IMG/VR virus record: IMGVR_UViG_3300036778_000080
Coordinates: 1-27,885 of that record
Reading direction: 5' to 3' (one strand)
Source: a virus
Taxonomy: Duplodnaviria; Caudoviricetes
Length of the DNA stretch: 27,885 nt
In this document: positions 23,067 through 27,885 of the stretch, piece after piece
How positions within the stretch are numbered: position 1 is the first letter of the stretch
Layout: every line of letters begins with the position of its first letter
The notes under the pieces: generated by a model
The model's database searches: none
Told to the model about the DNA's origin: nothing
Seen by the model: only the letters and a program-made list of their open reading frames with translations
Position numbers and translations under genes: made by a program

Positions 23067-25339
23067 GCGACGTAATGGCGCGGCCTCGCAGCAACCCTCT
23101 CCTGCCGCTCCGACTGTCGCTCGGCATGGGCGAGCCGCAGGACGGCGACAGCGATTCGATCGGCGAGCCAAAGCTGGTGCCGGAGCGTGGCGAGCAGAAG
23201 CCGCTCCTGGAAGACTGGCATGCGGAGTTGTTCGCCCGCTGGATCATGGCCAAGAACATCGCCGACGAACTGGACGATGCCACGATCAGCAAACTGGCAT
23301 CGCAGGCGAAGCGTGAATACGAACTGGATGACAATTCCCGGGCGGACTGGAAGTCCAAGTACGTCGATTGGCTGAAGTTCGCCATGCAGGTGATCGAGGC
23401 GAAAACCTATCCGTGGCCCGGCTCCTCGAACGTCATCTTTCCGCTGATCACGACGGCCGCACTCCAGTTCAATGCCCGCGCCTATCCGGCGATCGTGGTC
23501 GGCCGCAACGTGGTCAAGGGCGCGGTGGTTGGTGATGACAAGGGCGTCGCCGAAGTCGATCCGCAGACCAATCAGCCTGCCGTCGATCCGCAGACCAATC
23601 AGCCGCACTGGATCATCCAACCGGGTGCGCTCCAGCAGCGGGCGGATCGGATCGGGCGGCACATGTCGTGGCAGTTGCTCGAAGAGATGCCCGAATGGGA
23701 GGAGCAGACCGATCGGCTGCTGATGATGATACCCATCGTGGGGTGCATGTTCCGCAAGACCTATCGCGACGTGGCCGGCGGCCGGAACATGAGCGAGACC
23801 GTCGATGCGATGCGGGTGTGCGTCAATTACAAGGCGAAGTCGTTCGAAACGGCGCCCCGGATCAGCGAAGAAATCGACGTTTACCCGTGGGATATCGAGA
23901 CCAACGTGCGCGCCGGCCTCTGGCTGGACCATGGTGCGGGCGGCTACGGGCACAACATCGACGCCGGCGACGATGAACAGGCGCCGGTAACGTTCATCGA
24001 ACAGCACCGACGCTTTGACCTGGATGGCGACGGCTACGATGAACCGATCATCGTCACCTTTGCCCGGGACAGCGGGAAGCTCGCGCGCATCTCGGTCGGC
24101 TTCGACGAAGAGGGGGTCGAGGCGAACGACATCGGCGAGGTCCAGAAGATCGAGCCAATCCGCTATTACACGAAGTTCGGGTTCGTCCCGTCGCCCGATG
24201 GCGGCGTGTATGACGTGGGCTTCGGGCATTTCCTGTATCCGCTCAACGCGGCGATCAACACGTCGATCAACCAGCTTTTCGACGCGGGGCACCTCCAGAT
24301 TGCCGGCGGCGGCTTCCTTGGCTCCGGCTCGGGCATCAACTCGGGCGCCATCCGCTTCATGATGGGCGAGTTCAAGCCTGTAGCGGTGCCCGGCAAGACG
24401 CTCCGAGAGAACCTCGTGCAGTTGGACATGCCCGGCCCGAATGCCGTGCTGCTGTCCCTGCTCCAGTATCTGGTCGAGGCGGCCCGCGAGGTGGCGTCGA
24501 TCAAGGATATCCTGACCGGCGATATACCGGGCGCCAACGTGCCCGGCATCCTTGGGCTGGCGGTGATCCAGCAAGGGCTGAAGGTGTTCAACGCGATTTT
24601 CAAGCGCGTGCACCGCTCGCTGAAGGCCGAATACGGCAAGCTGTTCCGCCTCAACCGGCTCTATATGCCGGGCCGGGCCGGCTATCAGATCGGCAGCGAG
24701 TATTTCGCGATCACGCGCCAGGACTACGAAGAGGGTGCGGCGGTTCAGCCGGTCAGCGATCCTGACATGGTCACGGACGTGCAGCAGATGGCGCAAGCCA
24801 ATTTCCTGCTGACGTTCAAGGATGACCCGATGGTCGATCAGCTCGAACTGCGCCGCCGCGCCATGACGGCAGCCTCGATCACGGAAATCGACAAGCTGCT
24901 GGCGGCCAAGCCGCCGCCGAATGCCGAACTGACGCAAGCGCTCGCGCAACTCGAACTGGACAAAAAGCTGGTCGATTTGCGGGAGTTGGAGCTAAAGATT
25001 CGCGCCGCACACCAGGAAGCCGATCAAGACATCCGGCGGGGCAAGATGAAGGCGGAGGAAATCCAACTCCTCACGCAGTCGATCAAGAACCTCGCGGATG
25101 CCAGGAAGGCGGATCACTCGGTCGATCAGTCCTGGTACGACCTGCAACTCGCTCACTACAAACATCACATAGACCTGCTCAATGCTGCCGCCACCATCGA
25201 ATCTCCCGAATCCTCCCCCGCATTCCTCGCAGGAAACGCTTCAACAACGCGCCAGCTTCTTGCTGGACTTGCAGGTGGGGGAGTTCCAGGCATGGCGTCA
25301 CCACCCGGTAACCAAGGTGGTCCACCAGTTCCTCAGTGA
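23063..25339 (+). CDS. portal protein (podovirus-like, long C-terminal coiled coil)
   Basis: 758 aa downstream of TerL; K.YPW.G.SNV..PLI..AA.QF.ARAYP and G..FRK motifs. Confidence 0.88.
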   Translation: MSDVMARPRSNPLLPLRLSLGMGEPQDGDSDSIGEPKLVPERGEQKPLLEDWHAELFARWIMAKNIADELDDATISKLASQAKREYELDDNSRADWKSKYVDWLKFAMQVIEAKTYPWPGSSNVIFPLITTAALQFNARAYPAIVVGRNVVKGAVVGDDKGVAEVDPQTNQPAVDPQTNQPHWIIQPGALQQRADRIGRHMSWQLLEEMPEWEEQTDRLLMMIPIVGCMFRKTYRDVAGGRNMSETVDAMRVCVNYKAKSFETAPRISEEIDVYPWDIETNVRAGLWLDHGAGGYGHNIDAGDDEQAPVTFIEQHRRFDLDGDGYDEPIIVTFARDSGKLARISVGFDEEGVEANDIGEVQKIEPIRYYTKFGFVPSPDGGVYDVGFGHFLYPLNAAINTSINQLFDAGHLQIAGGGFLGSGSGINSGAIRFMMGEFKPVAVPGKTLRENLVQLDMPGPNAVLLSLLQYLVEAAREVASIKDILTGDIPGANVPGILGLAVIQQGLKVFNAIFKRVHRSLKAEYGKLFRLNRLYMPGRAGYQIGSEYFAITRQDYEEGAAVQPVSDPDMVTDVQQMAQANFLLTFKDDPMVDQLELRRRAMTAASITEIDKLLAAKPPPNAELTQALAQLELDKKLVDLRELELKIRAAHQEADQDIRRGKMKAEEIQLLTQSIKNLADARKADHSVDQSWYDLQLAHYKHHIDLLNAAATIESPESSPAFLAGNASTTRQLLAGLAGGGVPGMASPPGNQGGPPVPQ
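23555..23604 (+). repeat. 27-nt-period direct repeat in the portal gene (VDPQTNQP x2)
   Basis: GTCGATCCGCAGACCAATCAGCC at 23555-23577 and 23582-23604. Confidence 0.9.
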
Positions 25340-25520
25340 CTACGCGGACAAGATGTACGCGCTCGCCTATCAGGCTTTCCTGGCCGGCGAGTTGACGGCA
25401 TTGCAGGAGCAGGAGTGGCGCGGACGCATGATGGCGTGCCGCGAGGTGGTCGAACTTCAGTGGGAAAGCATGCTGCTGTTCTACGATCTACCGAGACAGG
25501 AGAACGCCAACAATGATTGA
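25182..25520 (+). CDS. conserved head-module protein overlapping the portal 3' end
   Basis: F.AW..HPVT motif; abuts GroES. Confidence 0.65.
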   Translation: MLPPPSNLPNPPPHSSQETLQQRASFLLDLQVGEFQAWRHHPVTKVVHQFLSDYADKMYALAYQAFLAGELTALQEQEWRGRMMACREVVELQWESMLLFYDLPRQENANND

Positions 25521-25914
25521 GGGCCGCATACTGACCGCTGACCATCGCGAGTACGAGGCAGTGGTCTGGGACGGCGTGAACCGCTCGGGCTGGGAGCCGC
25601 TCGATGACAAGGTGCTCGTGGCTGTCGATGCCCATGTCGAGCAGACGTCGGGCGGGGTGGTGATCCCGGACGCGGCGCGCGAGCGGCAGGACATGGCGGC
25701 CGAAATGGGCACGCTGATCGCGCTCGGGCCGGCGGCTTTCCTCTACGACAACGACGTGCGGCGGCAATGGGTAGGCCGCACGCCCGAACCGGGTGATCGC
25801 GTGATGTTTGAGCGCTACGCCGGCACTTGGGTCGATGGCGAGGATGGCAGGAAGTACCGGCTCATGTCGCAGCAGTGCATCGGCGCGGTGAAACCAACAA
25901 CGGCGACCGTCTGA
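25513..25914 (+). CDS. GroES-like co-chaperonin (Cpn10 family)
   Basis: PLDDKVLV, TSGGVVIPD mobile loop, G..IALG, GDRVMF.RYAG. Confidence 0.9.
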   Translation: MIEGRILTADHREYEAVVWDGVNRSGWEPLDDKVLVAVDAHVEQTSGGVVIPDAARERQDMAAEMGTLIALGPAAFLYDNDVRRQWVGRTPEPGDRVMFERYAGTWVDGEDGRKYRLMSQQCIGAVKPTTATV

Positions 25915-26000
25915 AGGAACGATCGCCGCTGCTGCGGAACACCAGGGGGGAGGATGAAACCGAAGAGACAGTAACCCCCCATGACGGGAACCGCAACAAT

Positions 26001-26909
26001 ATGTCTGGAACGGCTGAAGCCTCCGAAGAGGCGATCGAGCAGCACGCCCGAGAACTGGGCTGGCGGCCACAGAGCGAATACCGGGGGTCGCGCCCCTTCG
26101 TAGGACCGGAAGAATTCATCCGGCGGGCTGAGAGGATGCTGCCCCTACAGGCGGCGGCACGGCGGGCGGCGGAGAAAAAGAACGCCGACCTTGCCCGGGA
26201 ACTGGATGAGCACAAGCAACTCCTCGCCGACCTGACCGCGAGCACGCGGCGGGCGGAGCAGGTCGGCTACAACCGGGCGCGCCGCGAACTGGAACAGGAG
26301 CGCGCCAGGGCGATCACGGACGGCGACGTGGATCGCGTGCGCCAGGTCGAGCGGGAAATCACGGACCTGGGCGCTCCGCCGCCAGCGCCGACGCCTCCCC
26401 CGCCACCGAACGCCCGGTCGCCGCAGGAGGGCAACCCGGAGGATGCCGCCGTGGTGCAGGCTTGGCAGGCGCGCAACGCCTATTGGTTCAACACGGACCC
26501 GGTCGCCAATGCCGCCGCGGTGTCGATGCTCAACGTGGTGCAGGCGCAGCATCCGGACATGTCGCTGGCGGAAGCGCTGGTCGAGGTCGAGGATCGGATC
26601 AAGGACCGGTTCGATATCGCCGACGCGGCGAACGGCAGGCAGCCGCGTAGGAGGCAGCGCACCTTGGACGATGACGAACCGCAGGACGAACCGGCGCCGG
26701 CGCCACGCGCCCGGCAGGCAGCCGCGGTGCTGCCGTCTGGCTCGGCGCCCGTGCGTCGGGCCGGTGCGCGGTCATTCGAGGCGATGCCGTCCAACGCGAA
26801 GCAGCAATATGAGCGGTACAAGGGCATGCTGGCAGGCAAGGGCGATCCGCTGACGAAGGAAGAGTTCGCCGCCAATTACTGGGAGCAATTCGAGGAGACT
26901 GACGAATGA
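26001..26909 (+). CDS. putative capsid scaffolding protein
   Basis: A.ELGWRP..EY.G...FV...EF N-terminus, coiled coil, W..RN.WF; position between portal and head genes. Confidence 0.7.
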   Translation: MSGTAEASEEAIEQHARELGWRPQSEYRGSRPFVGPEEFIRRAERMLPLQAAARRAAEKKNADLARELDEHKQLLADLTASTRRAEQVGYNRARRELEQERARAITDGDVDRVRQVEREITDLGAPPPAPTPPPPPNARSPQEGNPEDAAVVQAWQARNAYWFNTDPVANAAAVSMLNVVQAQHPDMSLAEALVEVEDRIKDRFDIADAANGRQPRRRQRTLDDDEPQDEPAPAPRARQAAAVLPSGSAPVRRAGARSFEAMPSNAKQQYERYKGMLAGKGDPLTKEEFAANYWEQFEETDE

Positions 26910-27451
26910 GCGAGCGTATCCCCATCAACGATGCCGCCGCCGCGGTCGCAGCGAACCGGCGTCGAGGGCGACCACCGGGTTCCGGGGCTACGGCGATCGA
27001 CCCTGGCGACCCGAATTTCGCCAACCTGGAAGACTTCATCCCCGCCTCGCGTAGGGATTTCCAGCGCAAGCCGTTCGGTGGGCAGCGGCAGAAGCTGATG
27101 CATCCGGAGCGACCTGGCTACCATCGGCACTGGTTCAACGATGAACCGAACCGGATCAATCAGGCGCTCGGCGCGGGCTATGAGCACGTCAACGACGAAA
27201 AGGATCGGCCGGTCAGCTACGTGGTCGGCTCCGCAAAAGGCGGCGGTCCCTTGGTTGCGTACTTGATGGAAATCCCGCTGCTGTGGTTTAACGAGGATAT
27301 GGCGGCCCAAGACGCTGCCGTGCTGGACCGTCTCCAGGACATTCGGGCCGGCCGATTCGAAAATCCAGCCGATCCGCGAACGGGCCAAACGATGCTCTAT
27401 CGCGGTTCTACGCGGGGTGACATCTCCATACGCGAGGGCACCCGCCGCTAA
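26906..27451 (+). CDS. conserved phage head-module protein
   Basis: RPGY.RHWFND...RI..A..AGYE.V...YLMEIP pattern; ATGA coupling. Confidence 0.75.
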   Translation: MSERIPINDAAAAVAANRRRGRPPGSGATAIDPGDPNFANLEDFIPASRRDFQRKPFGGQRQKLMHPERPGYHRHWFNDEPNRINQALGAGYEHVNDEKDRPVSYVVGSAKGGGPLVAYLMEIPLLWFNEDMAAQDAAVLDRLQDIRAGRFENPADPRTGQTMLYRGSTRGDISIREGTRR

Positions 27452-27568
27452 CCTGCCGGGCCGGCAAAGACACGGCCAAGCGAGAGCGCGGACACCGCGC
27501 ACTGCATCCCTCACATCCCCAAGGCCGCTGGCATCGCGCCGGCGGCCTGCGCGCGAGGTCCGTGTCAA

Positions 27569-27885
27569 ATGGCCAACCCCAACACGCCGTACGGGCTGCG
27601 CCCGTATGCGTATATGTCCGGTGCGCCCTACAACGGGGCAGTCCGCTCGTATTACGTCCCTGTCGGCAATGCCACGGCGCTGTTCTACGGCGACCCGGTC
27701 ATCATTGCGGCCGGCTCCTCCGATGGGAACGGCGTGCCGGCGGTCGAGATTGCCACGGCAGGCGCGGGCGGTTTCATCCTGGGCGTGTTCCAGGGCATCA
27801 CCAACAACGCCGGGCAGAAGACGATCACGCTCCTGCAAAACCAGACGCCGTACTTGGCGGCCGGGCAGGCGGCATATATCGACGT
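27569..27885 (+). CDS. putative capsid decoration/cement protein (partial, runs off the window end)
   Basis: GAGG RBS; MAN.N.P.GLRP...F.GDPV...GVF.G; open to the end. Confidence 0.7.
   Translation, partial: MANPNTPYGLRPYAYMSGAPYNGAVRSYYVPVGNATALFYGDPVIIAAGSSDGNGVPAVEIATAGAGGFILGVFQGITNNAGQKTITLLQNQTPYLAAGQAAYID

Noticed and set aside
22988-24949. 653-aa minus-strand ORF
   Set aside because: Antisense shadow of the portal gene, expected from high-GC codon bias; no recognisable motifs
26876-27838. 320-aa minus-strand ORF
   Set aside because: Antisense to two well-supported head-module genes

Overview
High-GC window that reads as part of a tailed dsDNA phage or prophage genome. The host is probably alphaproteobacterial (inference from promoter style and gene families). 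No integrase, att site, CRISPR array or canonical tRNA/rRNA is visible. The left part (1-13.1 kb) is densely packed with small, translationally coupled accessory genes. It includes a tandem array of diverged paralogues, a lysozyme-like protein flanked by two crAss001_48-like paralogues, a lipoprotein, an ASCH protein, a C5 DNA methyltransferase with a nested alternative-frame ORF (M.EcoHK31I-like), and a gene pair made of a protein ending in Gly-Gly plus a Cys/His/Asp protein. The right part (13.2-27.9 kb) is the packaging/head module: TerS-like gene, about 7 kb of inserted accessory genes, TerL, portal, GroES-like co-chaperonin, scaffold and a truncated head gene. The clearest highlight lies between TerS and TerL: a minus-strand cassette with a sigma70-type promoter, two tandem Y RNAs, a Ro60/TROVE gene and a coupled HTH gene. 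One of the Y RNAs is a circularly permuted tRNA mimic with an intact UGU anticodon arm. All calls come from reading motifs by eye; no searches were run.
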